A stretch of DNA of 35,401 nt from a virus. Lineage: Duplodnaviria; Caudoviricetes. Numbering within the stretch: position 1 is the stretch's first letter; each line of letters opens with the position of its first letter. Both the position numbers and the translations under genes were made by a program. Location of the stretch: the IMG/VR virus record IMGVR_UViG_3300020381_000026, positions 1-35,401 of that record; one strand, written 5' to 3'. Below the pieces are notes generated by a model. The model did no database searches. It was not told the origin of the DNA and worked only from the letters and a program-made list of their open reading frames with translations. Below, piece by piece: positions 1-8,436 of the stretch.

Positions 1-92
1 AATTCTTCATTGTCCAAGTTTTCCTTAATAACGGATTGCTTGAACAATGAACTGTTATCTGATTCCAACTTTTGTATTACTTGAAATGTCAT
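1..92 (-). CDS. Probable ATP-dependent DNA ligase, N-terminal fragment (runs off window)
   Basis: ATG at 92 overlaps the previous stop; MTFQVIQKLESDNSSLFKQSVIKENLDNEE resembles T4-type ligase N-termini; only 30 aa visible. Confidence 0.45.
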   Translation of the reverse strand, partial: MTFQVIQKLESDNSSLFKQSVIKENLDNEE

Positions 93-481
93 TATACAGT
101 TTTCTCCTCTCCAGTTGCACCATCAATGTATGTCTTACCCTTTTCCATTCCATTGTCACCATACTCAACCCAACCACGTCTTTCGTAACCGATATCACTT
201 TTAGTATATCTAGTAGTTAAGTATTTGTCAGTCATACCTAAAAGGTCTCTGGCAACATAAGGAACAAAACTCCAAACATTGTAATCACCATTAGCCTGAA
301 CTTCAACTTGCTCATCTTCAATTACAATATTAAAGTCTGACATTGTGTTAGTAGTTTTAAACTTTTTCTCAAAACTATACTCTGTTCTCATTGGTCTCAT
401 TTCAAGTTCAGAGTTTCTAAGAGCTTCTATGATTTGGTCCTGGCTCATTCCAGGTACTTTTAATTGTTTATGAAATTTCAT
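92..481 (-). CDS. Hypothetical protein
   Basis: 129-aa ORF with AGGAG RBS. Confidence 0.75.
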   Translation of the reverse strand: MKFHKQLKVPGMSQDQIIEALRNSELEMRPMRTEYSFEKKFKTTNTMSDFNIVIEDEQVEVQANGDYNVWSFVPYVARDLLGMTDKYLTTRYTKSDIGYERRGWVEYGDNGMEKGKTYIDGATGEEKTV

Positions 482-489
482 AGTTGCTC

Positions 490-906
490 CTATCTAGTGT
501 AATGTGACTCACAAAGTGGGTCCATGTAACTTGGTGTGTTAATCGATAAAGTTCTAGTAATTGTCTTACCATTGTAAGGACTTTTACCAGTCTTAGTAAT
601 CATAGGCTCAATTAACCTATACTCCTCTTCAGACATAACTCTGTAGTTATCTCTGTCTGCTTTATGAGTTCTACCCAAAACAGGATCAGTTGCATCTCTA
701 AAAGCATTATACCTACGAGCGGTATACTCAGGCTTACCTTCTGCAACAACTTCAGCAACTTCATCAATTGCCGCTTGATAGAACTTAACAGTTCTAGTTA
801 TACCAGCCTTAGCCGCCCCTACTGATTTATAGTAACCAGATTTCCAAGAAGGCCTAGTTGGCTCTTGGTGTATGCTGTCGTTACTTTTATCTACTATTAC
901 AAACAT
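490..906 (-). CDS. Hypothetical protein, probably early
   Basis: 138-aa ORF, GGTAGGAG RBS, directly below a sigma70-type promoter. Confidence 0.8.
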   Translation of the reverse strand: MFVIVDKSNDSIHQEPTRPSWKSGYYKSVGAAKAGITRTVKFYQAAIDEVAEVVAEGKPEYTARRYNAFRDATDPVLGRTHKADRDNYRVMSEEEYRLIEPMITKTGKSPYNGKTITRTLSINTPSYMDPLCESHYTR

Positions 907-940
907 AAAAACTCCTACCTTTTTATTTAATATACATACT

Positions 941-994
941 ATTATACAGATTTATAGGGTAAAGTCAACCTTTTTTTCCAGTTTTTTTGGTAAT
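941..994 (-). promoter_or_regulatory. Sigma70-type early promoter with A-tract UP element
   Basis: TTGACT(968-963)-16 nt-TATAAT(946-941), preceded by A7-CTGG-A7. Confidence 0.8.
963..994. repeat. 32-bp exact repeat, copy 1
   Basis: agtcaacctttttttccagtttttttggtaat, identical at 28316-28347. Confidence 0.95.
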
Positions 995-1016
995 AATTTG
1001 CTTGTTTTACAAGGAG

Positions 1017-2147
1017 TTACAGTAGTTTGATACAGGTTTCGTAAGCAATTTCGTGTGATTTAGGACCCCAATGTGCATTATCTCTGCCTGTATCTATAAA
1101 ATTAGGTGCATTTGGGATAAAATTAGGTGGATAATTAGGTGATTGAATTGGGCTATTGCCATCTACATTATGAGAAAATAATGCAGTTTCTCCTAATATG
1201 TGAAGTTCTGTACATCTTATATTATTTGCTTTGCACAAATTAAGTAAATTGTTTCTAATCATATAAAAGTCAAACCATTGATGTGTGTCATGCATCATTG
1301 CCCATGCTTTCATACTAGGTAATGCTGGATCATCAGCAACGTCTTTTGTCCAATCTCCACCCCACATTGGTGTAAAGATGCTTACTTCTTTTGAGTATAC
1401 CATCCCTAATTCGTTAATCTTTTTTTGATTTAATATACCCACAACTGGATCTTCTACTTGTGGTGTTGAATGATTTATATAGAATAAAGGATCATGGTGT
1501 GCGTTTGCATTGAAAGTATCGCCTCCAAATATAAGTTTTCTATGAACTTCTGACCATAACACAACAACTTCACTAGGAACATATCCAGACTCTAAGAAAG
1601 ATTCTAATAATAAAACTATTTCCTGATTTCCGCCACCTGGGTTACCTAAGTTCCAACATGCTTTGCCTTGTTGTTGTGAAACTTTGTATGCAAAATTATC
1701 TTCATCGCCAACACCAATACCAAATGTATAACTGTCTCCTAAAAACATTATTGCATCATCTTCTTTGTTCATGTTTGGGCATCGCCAGCCATTGTTGTTT
1801 ACAGTATATAGTATGTCGTTTCTATTATAATCTGTTTCATTACATTCCCAAGTTTTTGCTAACTCGTCTAGTCTAATATCAGCATGTCCATCCCATAATC
1901 GACCTCTGCCTTCCTTTTCTTTAATGTCTTTGTTGCCACGATAAAGTTGAACAGATGGACTATCTGAAGGAATATATTGTATTCTTCTACCACCACCATT
2001 CAAGTTTATCACTTCACCAAAATAACTATCTGTACCTTGTTGTTTACTGCCTATAATTCTATCCAGCATAGGTCCAAACCTAGTCTTTGGTATGATGTTT
2101 TTGTTTTCTCTAAAGGGTTTTATAGTGCCTGCTTGTAAGTTTGACAT
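1017..2147 (-). CDS. SGNH/GDSL hydrolase-like protein
   Basis: Block I FLGDSYTFG, block II NLGNPGGG, C-terminal DxxH (DNAH). Confidence 0.65.
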   Translation of the reverse strand: MSNLQAGTIKPFRENKNIIPKTRFGPMLDRIIGSKQQGTDSYFGEVINLNGGGRRIQYIPSDSPSVQLYRGNKDIKEKEGRGRLWDGHADIRLDELAKTWECNETDYNRNDILYTVNNNGWRCPNMNKEDDAIMFLGDSYTFGIGVGDEDNFAYKVSQQQGKACWNLGNPGGGNQEIVLLLESFLESGYVPSEVVVLWSEVHRKLIFGGDTFNANAHHDPLFYINHSTPQVEDPVVGILNQKKINELGMVYSKEVSIFTPMWGGDWTKDVADDPALPSMKAWAMMHDTHQWFDFYMIRNNLLNLCKANNIRCTELHILGETALFSHNVDGNSPIQSPNYPPNFIPNAPNFIDTGRDNAHWGPKSHEIAYETCIKLL

Positions 2148-2152
2148 AATAG

Positions 2153-2159
2153 TATTTAC
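2153..2159 (-). promoter_or_regulatory. T4-late-like promoter box
   Basis: GTAAATA-CTATT-ATG in a short intergenic gap. Confidence 0.5.
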
Positions 2160-2162
2160 TTG

Positions 2163-2528
2163 TTAATCAAGTCCTTTTGCAAATTTTTCGATATCGTTTC
2201 CTACCATTTTAAGCCACATTGTATCCTCTTCACTTAAAAGTGCAAGGATTTTTTTATCTAAGTAGTAGGGCCATTTCATATGTTCATGTAACTTTAATAA
2301 TATGTTCTTGTGTAATCCTTCTGAAACAGGAAACTTGTACACATCATAATGACTTTTTAATAAGTTCCAACCTAACTTAGTTAACCTAAGTCCACTACAT
2401 TTATCCTTGCTGTATTGAAAGTTCTTAAATAACATATAGCAAACATCTAGTGGTGGGTATTGTTGCAAAGACTCGTGTTCGCTTTGCATCTTTTGTGCTA
2501 ATTTGAATTGTAAACTATCCTTGAGCAT
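2163..2528 (-). CDS. Hypothetical protein
   Basis: 121-aa ORF overlapping the upstream gene end. Confidence 0.75.
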   Translation of the reverse strand: MLKDSLQFKLAQKMQSEHESLQQYPPLDVCYMLFKNFQYSKDKCSGLRLTKLGWNLLKSHYDVYKFPVSEGLHKNILLKLHEHMKWPYYLDKKILALLSEEDTMWLKMVGNDIEKFAKGLD

Positions 2529-2826
2529 CGTTCAAGTCATCTTCTGTAACAACATCACCTGTTGTCAATTTTATAACTTGGAATTCTGTTGTGCTGAAAG
2601 TTTTGTTTAGTTTCTCTGCCAAGTTAAAGGCATGTCCACTGTTACTAAATGACACTTTTTTGTATTTTGGTCCTGGGTAAGAAACTAATTTGTTTAGTGT
2701 TCTTAAGTTGATTGGATTACCTTGATAGAATACAGAATAGATGGCTTCTGCCGCCAGTATTTGGTCTGCCTTGTATGTGTCTTTGTGTACTGCTTCTAGT
2801 AAAATTTTAGGCTTTGGTCTGCTCAT
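2515..2826 (-). CDS. Hypothetical phage protein (MSRPKPKILLE...)
   Basis: GGAG RBS before ATG 2826; YPGPKYKKVSFSNSGHAFNLA core looks like a family common in large marine phages (recollection). Confidence 0.75.
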   Translation of the reverse strand: MSRPKPKILLEAVHKDTYKADQILAAEAIYSVFYQGNPINLRTLNKLVSYPGPKYKKVSFSNSGHAFNLAEKLNKTFSTTEFQVIKLTTGDVVTEDDLNDAQG

Positions 2827-2845
2827 AAGTGTATCTCCGTACACT

Positions 2846-2852
2846 TATTTAT
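2846..2852 (-). promoter_or_regulatory. T4-late-like promoter box
   Basis: ATAAATA in the intergenic region. Confidence 0.5.
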
Positions 2853-2888
2853 CAATAAAACATGTTTTAATAGGTGTTATAACTATGT

Positions 2889-3197
2889 TTAATCAAGCAG
2901 AACTGCTTTTAATTCATCTGTTTGGTGCATTTCTGTAATGATATCACACCCACCAACCAACTCTCCTTTTACGAATAGTTGTGGGAATGTGGGCCAATCA
3001 CTTACACTTGGTAATGTTGCTCTAACATCTGGATCTTCAAGTATATCCATATAACTGAATTCTACTTTATATTCCTTTAGTATGTCAACAACCTGTGCAG
3101 AAAATCCACATCTTGGTTGATGTGGGTCACCTTTCATAAACAATATAATGTTATTGTCTTTGATGATGTTTTCTAATTGTTCTTTAACTTCACTCAC
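2889..3197 (-). CDS. grxD: Monothiol (CGFS) glutaredoxin, Grx4 family
   Basis: LFMKG..PRCGFS, WPTFPQLF, GGCD; probable GTG start at 3197. Confidence 0.93.
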   Translation of the reverse strand: MSEVKEQLENIIKDNNIILFMKGDPHQPRCGFSAQVVDILKEYKVEFSYMDILEDPDVRATLPSVSDWPTFPQLFVKGELVGGCDIITEMHQTDELKAVLLD

Positions 3198-3636
3198 TTG
3201 GGAATCCTTCTTGTACAAATTTACTAATTTGTTCTATTTCTTTATCAGATAAGTTTGCGGCTTGACCCCACATCATCTGACTCATTGGACCTACCTGTCC
3301 ATTGTTTTTATATGTTGTTAGTTTTGTTAAGATATCGTTTGAACTTTGTCCTGCTAACATTGGACCTACTCCACCGCCACCTGTTGGACCATGACATGCG
3401 GCACATCCTGCCCATAAACTTCTGATATCACTAAATGGATCTCCAGCGGCTAGAGCCTGTTTTGCTTTTAATATATCCACTGTAGTTCCATGTATTCTAA
3501 CATATTCTTCGTAACATTCTCCTGTGCATGTATGTGTACTTGAATAACCTTTGTATTCTAAATCAGGATATATTACAAATGCAAAGAAGCAAAAGAATAC
3601 TACGCATCCTGATAAAACCATTCCTAATTCTTTCAT
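3190..3636 (-). CDS. Membrane-anchored class I c-type cytochrome
   Basis: CAACHG heme motif, PMLAGQ, distal Met region SQMMWGQA, N-terminal TM helix. Confidence 0.88.
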   Translation of the reverse strand: MKELGMVLSGCVVFFCFFAFVIYPDLEYKGYSSTHTCTGECYEEYVRIHGTTVDILKAKQALAAGDPFSDIRSLWAGCAACHGPTGGGGVGPMLAGQSSNDILTKLTTYKNNGQVGPMSQMMWGQAANLSDKEIEQISKFVQEGFPSE

Positions 3637-4113
3637 CTATTCAAAGAAATTGCCAATAAGGCTGTGAATATAATTATCCAACCTATCGTTATTCATAACA
3701 AATTTTTGCTGATATGTACTTGCAAACTCATGTGCCTTATCAACATGTTGACTATCAAGAGATAAACTTAATGTGTCGCCATCAGTAACTTGAATTACAC
3801 CTACCATAGCCATCATAGCATGTGGTGTACATTCATATATGTAAACACCTGGAGTATCTAATGTAATTGAAATCTCTTCATTCATCTTACCTCTCCATGG
3901 TGTTGCTCCTGGAGGAGTAAATACTGACACTGAATTGTGTGACATATCTGATGCTATAAATTTGACTGTGTCGCCTTTATTTACAGATAATACTGCAGGT
4001 TCAAATATCATCATACCGCCTGCTCCGTTGTTTAACATTTTTACTGTATGCTCTGCCGCAAAGGCTGGAACTGTTAGTAAAAATAAACTTATTGCTATTA
4101 ATATATTCTTCAT
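3637..4113 (-). CDS. Pseudoazurin (type-1 blue copper protein)
   Basis: Signal peptide ending AFA, VKMLN..MIFEP, SHN, and CTPHAMMAM copper ligands. Confidence 0.9.
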   Translation of the reverse strand: MKNILIAISLFLLTVPAFAAEHTVKMLNNGAGGMMIFEPAVLSVNKGDTVKFIASDMSHNSVSVFTPPGATPWRGKMNEEISITLDTPGVYIYECTPHAMMAMVGVIQVTDGDTLSLSLDSQHVDKAHEFASTYQQKFVMNNDRLDNYIHSLIGNFFE

Positions 4114-4343
4114 TATTTTACCTCATCAACTAGTTTTTTAAATTCTTGATATCCGCCAATCTTTGCGCCATCAACTATAATTTGTGGGAAAGTTCTTGCA
4201 CCTGGAAAAGTTTCCATTAGTGCTTCTCTATCAAAATCCTCATCTAACATTTTTACTGTTAAATCATATTCTTTTTGTTCTGCTAAGTTTTTTGCCATAT
4301 CACAGTATGGGCATTGTGGTTTACTGTATATCTCTACTTTCAT
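4113..4343 (-). CDS. Dithiol glutaredoxin
   Basis: CPYC, TFPQI, IGGY. Confidence 0.92.
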   Translation of the reverse strand: MKVEIYSKPQCPYCDMAKNLAEQKEYDLTVKMLDEDFDREALMETFPGARTFPQIIVDGAKIGGYQEFKKLVDEVK

Positions 4344-4344
4344 T

Positions 4345-4668
4345 CTATTCCTTGTTTAATGTAAGACGAAACCAAAGAGCATCATCTTCGTTCTCGAATG
4401 TTATTTTTGCATACTTAGTGTCTCGAACAACATCAAAATGCCATCCATACTTTCCTTTTGCGTTAGTATTTATGTTTGATAGAACATGGTGGGGTATGCC
4501 AATCTGGCGCCAATCATCATCCTTTCCATCATAGAATCCTTGTTCCCAAATCACTTCATGTTGAAAATACTTATTGTATCCACATTCTTCTCGCCATTCT
4601 ATTTCTGCTGACATGCCATTTGTTTGAGGAGTAGTGCCGGTAGCCGTGTCAGTTCTATAATTATACAT
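4345..4668 (-). CDS. Hypothetical protein
   Basis: ORF in a packed operon; ATG 4668 overlaps the upstream gene end. Confidence 0.7.
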   Translation of the reverse strand: MYNYRTDTATGTTPQTNGMSAEIEWREECGYNKYFQHEVIWEQGFYDGKDDDWRQIGIPHHVLSNINTNAKGKYGWHFDVVRDTKYAKITFENEDDALWFRLTLNKE

Positions 4669-4864
4669 CTGATTCTTTGAATGTGCCACCAGTTATTATT
4701 TGTTCTGTTGGCTCGTTAGTAGGATTTTCTAATTGTTCTATTTCATACACAACTCTGCTTAAGAAAGATAAGTCAAATACAGTTTGTCCACGTTTTGTTT
4801 CATTACATAACGTCTTAACTCTTTGCTTGAACTGTTCTAATGCAGTAGGATCTGTGTTAGCCAT
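4661..4864 (-). CDS. Hypothetical protein
   Basis: 67-aa ORF overlapping both neighbours. Confidence 0.7.
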   Translation of the reverse strand: MANTDPTALEQFKQRVKTLCNETKRGQTVFDLSFLSRVVYEIEQLENPTNEPTEQIITGGTFKESDV

Positions 4865-5384
4865 TCTTAGATGCTTTCCTTTTAATTTTATTTAATACTT
4901 TTAATCTTTGTTTAAGTTCCAATTTTGTTTTAAATGGCCCTTCATAACCATATGTGATTAACGTATTAAGTTTAGGACAGTTACCATGTTTCCAGCCTTT
5001 ATCAAAGTTAATTGCATACCATCCTGCCGCATAATAAACATTACTGTTTTCTGTTTTTGCAAACAATGGAATCTCGTCCATGTAATCCTCATGATCCGGA
5101 TCTACTGGAACAGGATTAGGATAGTCAACACTATATCCTTTGATATAAAATGTTGCTGGTTGATTAATATCTAACTCTACTTCGTTCTTGAAAATAAATT
5201 TATTATCGAATGCATCTTGCACTTCGCCTTTATTTTCAAACAGTATAGTTTCCGTTTTGTCCAAGTATGTGTATTTGTCTTGAACACTCTTGTGAAGAAT
5301 ACCTACACGTTTTTCGTCATCATTAACGATCCATGCGTCTTCACTTATTTTTTGCAATTTAACTTGCTCTTTAAATTTAATCAT
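4857..5384 (-). CDS. Hypothetical protein
   Basis: GAGGAGG RBS before ATG 5384. Confidence 0.75.
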   Translation of the reverse strand: MIKFKEQVKLQKISEDAWIVNDDEKRVGILHKSVQDKYTYLDKTETILFENKGEVQDAFDNKFIFKNEVELDINQPATFYIKGYSVDYPNPVPVDPDHEDYMDEIPLFAKTENSNVYYAAGWYAINFDKGWKHGNCPKLNTLITYGYEGPFKTKLELKQRLKVLNKIKRKASKNG

Positions 5385-5394
5385 TTTGACCTCC

Positions 5395-5559
5395 TCATTT
5401 TTGCCATTCACTGATTAATACTCTAGTGCTAGAATCAGCACCAAATTCTCTTTTGTAAACTTTGTTTCCTGCTCGTTCATAGATATATTTCTTATCTGTA
5501 CTACCAGGATCTTTAATCTCTGCCATCATTTTATCTATGTCTTTATCCAGCTCTGCCAT
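5395..5559 (-). CDS. Small hypothetical protein (54 aa, not in ORF track)
   Basis: MAELDKDIDK...YIYERAGNKVYKREFG...WQK* fills the gap. Confidence 0.65.
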   Translation of the reverse strand: MAELDKDIDKMMAEIKDPGSTDKKYIYERAGNKVYKREFGADSSTRVLISEWQK

Positions 5560-6532
5560 TTAACATTCCCGAATATGTTTGTGCTTGGTCACTCATTCTT
5601 TGTAAGTTCCATTTAGCACAAAATTTCATAAAGTGTATGCCTATATTGGATACTGCTTCACTCTGTTTACCTTCATTCATTCTTTGAACACATAACTTTT
5701 TTATTTCATCTGGTTGTTCTGTCAAATCAATAAGTATCTTATTACGTTCATAATCATTTTTTACTCTATGTTCATCTCCTTCATGGTCCACCCAACGTTG
5801 TAACATAAAGTTATTATAATTGTATCCGCCTGTGTTTCTATCTTCAAAGGCTTCTCGCATACCTGTTTTGTTTTTAGTGCCTTTTACTCTAGCACCAGGG
5901 TATGCACTAAACACATTGTCTGAACTATCACCTCTAACACACTTTTCAAACAGTACCCATTCAGGTTCAATTGGAGTCTTAGGTGCCTTAGTTTTCTTAT
6001 CTATAACTTCTTCTCCAGTCTTTAAATCTTTCCAACCTTCTAATGTAACTACTTGATCCGTTGTGCCGTTATACTGCGTTACATTAGGTGCTAGTAACTG
6101 ATAGAAGTCACTATCTGTGCTTATAATAAAATGATTATCTTCTGGATGTTGTTGAATCCATGTAGCAATCATATCATCTGCTTCTGCTGTTTCACATCTT
6201 ACTACAGATACATTAGTTTTTTCTGCAAAGAATTTGACCATATCATCATATGCTTCAAAGTATAATTCATCATCTTCTTGTTCTCTAACTGTTCGCTGAT
6301 CCATTATTACTTTTCTATTTGCTTTGTAAGGTGTATAAAAGTCTTTACGCCAACTTCTACCTTCTAAACAAAACACAATGTGATTGCCGTCAAACTCTCT
6401 CCAGCACTTGTTGATACTGTTAAACATGATATGCATTGCCATACCAATCTTCATATCTATGCTTTGCCCTCTGCCACCAACGTGCTTGGCTCTCATAAAC
6501 ATATTAAGTCCGTCAACAAGTAAATAGTTCAT
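5543..6532 (-). CDS. rnh: T4-type RNase H / 5'-3' flap exonuclease
   Basis: LLVDG, SWRKDFY..YKANR, EADD, STDSDFYQL, GDSSDNV. Confidence 0.92.
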   Translation of the reverse strand: MNYLLVDGLNMFMRAKHVGGRGQSIDMKIGMAMHIMFNSINKCWREFDGNHIVFCLEGRSWRKDFYTPYKANRKVIMDQRTVREQEDDELYFEAYDDMVKFFAEKTNVSVVRCETAEADDMIATWIQQHPEDNHFIISTDSDFYQLLAPNVTQYNGTTDQVVTLEGWKDLKTGEEVIDKKTKAPKTPIEPEWVLFEKCVRGDSSDNVFSAYPGARVKGTKNKTGMREAFEDRNTGGYNYNNFMLQRWVDHEGDEHRVKNDYERNKILIDLTEQPDEIKKLCVQRMNEGKQSEAVSNIGIHFMKFCAKWNLQRMSDQAQTYSGMLNGRAG

Positions 6533-6882
6533 TATAATATTTTCCCCGATATGCCTTTTTTCTTAGGACCATATTGTCTTACGTTACTATACCAAACATG
6601 TCCTTTTTCTTCTGCTTCTTTGAATATTAAATTAGTAAGCATGATTGGAAATACTACTCCAAAGTGAACAAATATACTTGTTATAATGTCGTAATTAAAC
6701 CATTCCATGTAAGTTGTAGCAACTATGCCAAAATAAACTGACCACATAGTGAACAGAACCATAGTGAAGTATCCTTGCATTGAAGGATCTCCAATATATC
6801 TTAATGGATTGTATCGATTGTCCATTACTAATCTCCAACAATCTAATACAAAAAATAAGAATTTAAAAAATAACTTTTTCAT
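6532..6882 (-). CDS. Membrane protein, paralogue of 14388-14795
   Basis: RYNPLRYIGDPSMQGYF..WSVYFG plus TM helices. Confidence 0.75.
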   Translation of the reverse strand: MKKLFFKFLFFVLDCWRLVMDNRYNPLRYIGDPSMQGYFTMVLFTMWSVYFGIVATTYMEWFNYDIITSIFVHFGVVFPIMLTNLIFKEAEEKGHVWYSNVRQYGPKKKGISGKIL

Positions 6883-7214
6883 TAGTGATTTCTACCTCCG
6901 TCGAATACACAAACAAAATATAATCCAAGATGTCCTGTGTTGAAAACTCTGTGAAAGTCACCATCTTCAATACAAATAACATCTCCACCTTCTACAGGAA
7001 AACGTTCATCATTAACCTGCATTTCACCTTTACCGTCTACAAAGAAGTAAACTTCTTCTTGTCCAGCATGAGCATGACCATTTGTTTTTTGGTTTGCTCT
7101 TAAAAACGTACTGCTTAGAATTAAATTATTACCAAATGCATTGTCTTTAAGGACATATTGTGCATTGTCTTTAATTGTTTCTCCGCCTACGTCTTTCATT
7201 GAAACTTTTATCAT
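6882..7214 (-). CDS. Cupin-domain protein
   Basis: GHAHAGQEEVYFF..G.G and GD.I.I..G.FHRV.N. Confidence 0.88.
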   Translation of the reverse strand: MIKVSMKDVGGETIKDNAQYVLKDNAFGNNLILSSTFLRANQKTNGHAHAGQEEVYFFVDGKGEMQVNDERFPVEGGDVICIEDGDFHRVFNTGHLGLYFVCVFDGGRNH

Positions 7215-7468
7215 TTGTTTAACCCTTCTTCCATAATTTTATCAAACGGACTATCTTCCTGCCATTGATTGCTTTGTATTTTACGTTCCTTAGCCGCCTG
7301 TGTTAAATCTCTAATTAAATCTATGTTCATTGTTTTAAAACTTTTAAGTAAGTCTAAAATATCTTCATCTGTAAGAGAGTTGATAAATTCAGTTATACTA
7401 GGCCCAAGCGATTCATTGACAAACTTTGCCAACTTTGCTTTTGCAACTGAATTATCTACGTCTGCCAT
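7211..7468 (-). CDS. Hypothetical protein
   Basis: 85-aa ORF with coupled start/stop. Confidence 0.7.
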   Translation of the reverse strand: MADVDNSVAKAKLAKFVNESLGPSITEFINSLTDEDILDLLKSFKTMNIDLIRDLTQAAKERKIQSNQWQEDSPFDKIMEEGLNK

Positions 7469-7962
7469 TACTCTTCATCATTGTCATTGACTAGAATTAC
7501 ATCATCCTGAGACTCTAGTCCATAATCTTGATCCTCTATTTCTTGCAATAATACTGTTCTGCAAACATCATTAAACCATTTGTTTACAACAGACTCATCA
7601 CTTTCACCTGTATAGCCTTTTTCCTGTAGCATTGCAACAAACTCATCATTCCAATCAAGTTCCATATAACCTTGCTTAGGATCTTCTACATTAACTTCCA
7701 TCTTCTTAACTTCAACCCAAGGAGTTTTATTTGCAATAGCACTTCTTTTGTCAAACTCTGTTTGGTCAATAACACCCTCATCAAACTCTACTTGAATCTC
7801 TGCCATAGCCTTATCTAAATCTGAATCACAGTCTAGTTTAGCCAATTCTTTCTTAAGTTCAATACCAGAATATTCATATTCAAGTTTTGCAATTTCTCTA
7901 GTTCTACCTTTAGTAGTCATACCTTTAAGTGTCATTGCAAACGGTATAGTTCTTTTACTCAT
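7468..7962 (-). CDS. Hypothetical phage protein
   Basis: 164-aa ORF; PWVEV..ELDWNDEF..KWFND core. Confidence 0.75.
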   Translation of the reverse strand: MSKRTIPFAMTLKGMTTKGRTREIAKLEYEYSGIELKKELAKLDCDSDLDKAMAEIQVEFDEGVIDQTEFDKRSAIANKTPWVEVKKMEVNVEDPKQGYMELDWNDEFVAMLQEKGYTGESDESVVNKWFNDVCRTVLLQEIEDQDYGLESQDDVILVNDNDEE

Positions 7963-8095
7963 TTTCTTTTACCTCATCTTTATTTTTTACAAACCATTCA
8001 TTTGAACAGTATGCATCGCAAAATACATGTAGCATATTTTGTGTATGATATACAATATCAAATACTACTTTACCACATGTACTGCATTGTCTCAT
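7955..8095 (-). CDS. Small Cys4 metal-binding protein (TRASH/YHS-like; not in ORF track)
   Basis: MRQCSTCGK...VFCDAYCSNEW, 46 aa. Confidence 0.6.
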   Translation of the reverse strand: MRQCSTCGKVVFDIVYHTQNMLHVFCDAYCSNEWFVKNKDEVKENE

Positions 8096-8096
8096 A

Positions 8097-8267
8097 TTAA
8101 TTCCAACCTTTTATTATATTTGCCATAATAAAAAATGCACAAATAACATTAACACCAACAATGAATGTTCTCACTAATGCAACAACATCATCGTACTCTT
8201 CTGTTTGTTCATCTGAAAAACTGCCTACTGCATATTTCCAGGTATTCCATGCTTTTCTTAACTTCAT
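8097..8267 (-). CDS. Small membrane protein (56 aa; not in ORF track)
   Basis: MKLRKAWNTWKYAVGSFSD...TM helix; tiles the gap. Confidence 0.65.
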   Translation of the reverse strand: MKLRKAWNTWKYAVGSFSDEQTEEYDDVVALVRTFIVGVNVICAFFIMANIIKGWN

Positions 8268-8289
8268 CTGTGTCTATATCCTTCCTGTT

Positions 8290-8436
8290 CTACTCTGCAT
8301 AGTTTATACATACTTGTATTGGATGTCCATGTGCTGTAAATTCTGTTGTGCAAGTATATTGTAAACTATAATAAATCATTATACTTCCAAACGATATAAC
8401 TAATATAAACAAAATTGCTATCCAATTATTCATCAT
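8290..8436 (-). CDS. Small membrane protein (48 aa; not in ORF track)
   Basis: ATGA overlap with the queE stop; N-terminal TM helix. Confidence 0.55.
   Translation of the reverse strand: MMNNWIAILFILVISFGSIMIYYSLQYTCTTEFTAHGHPIQVCINYAE

Noticed and set aside
3637-3670. PIP-like HSLIGNFF at the pseudoazurin C-terminus
   Set aside because: The protein is exported; it shows such motifs arise by chance.
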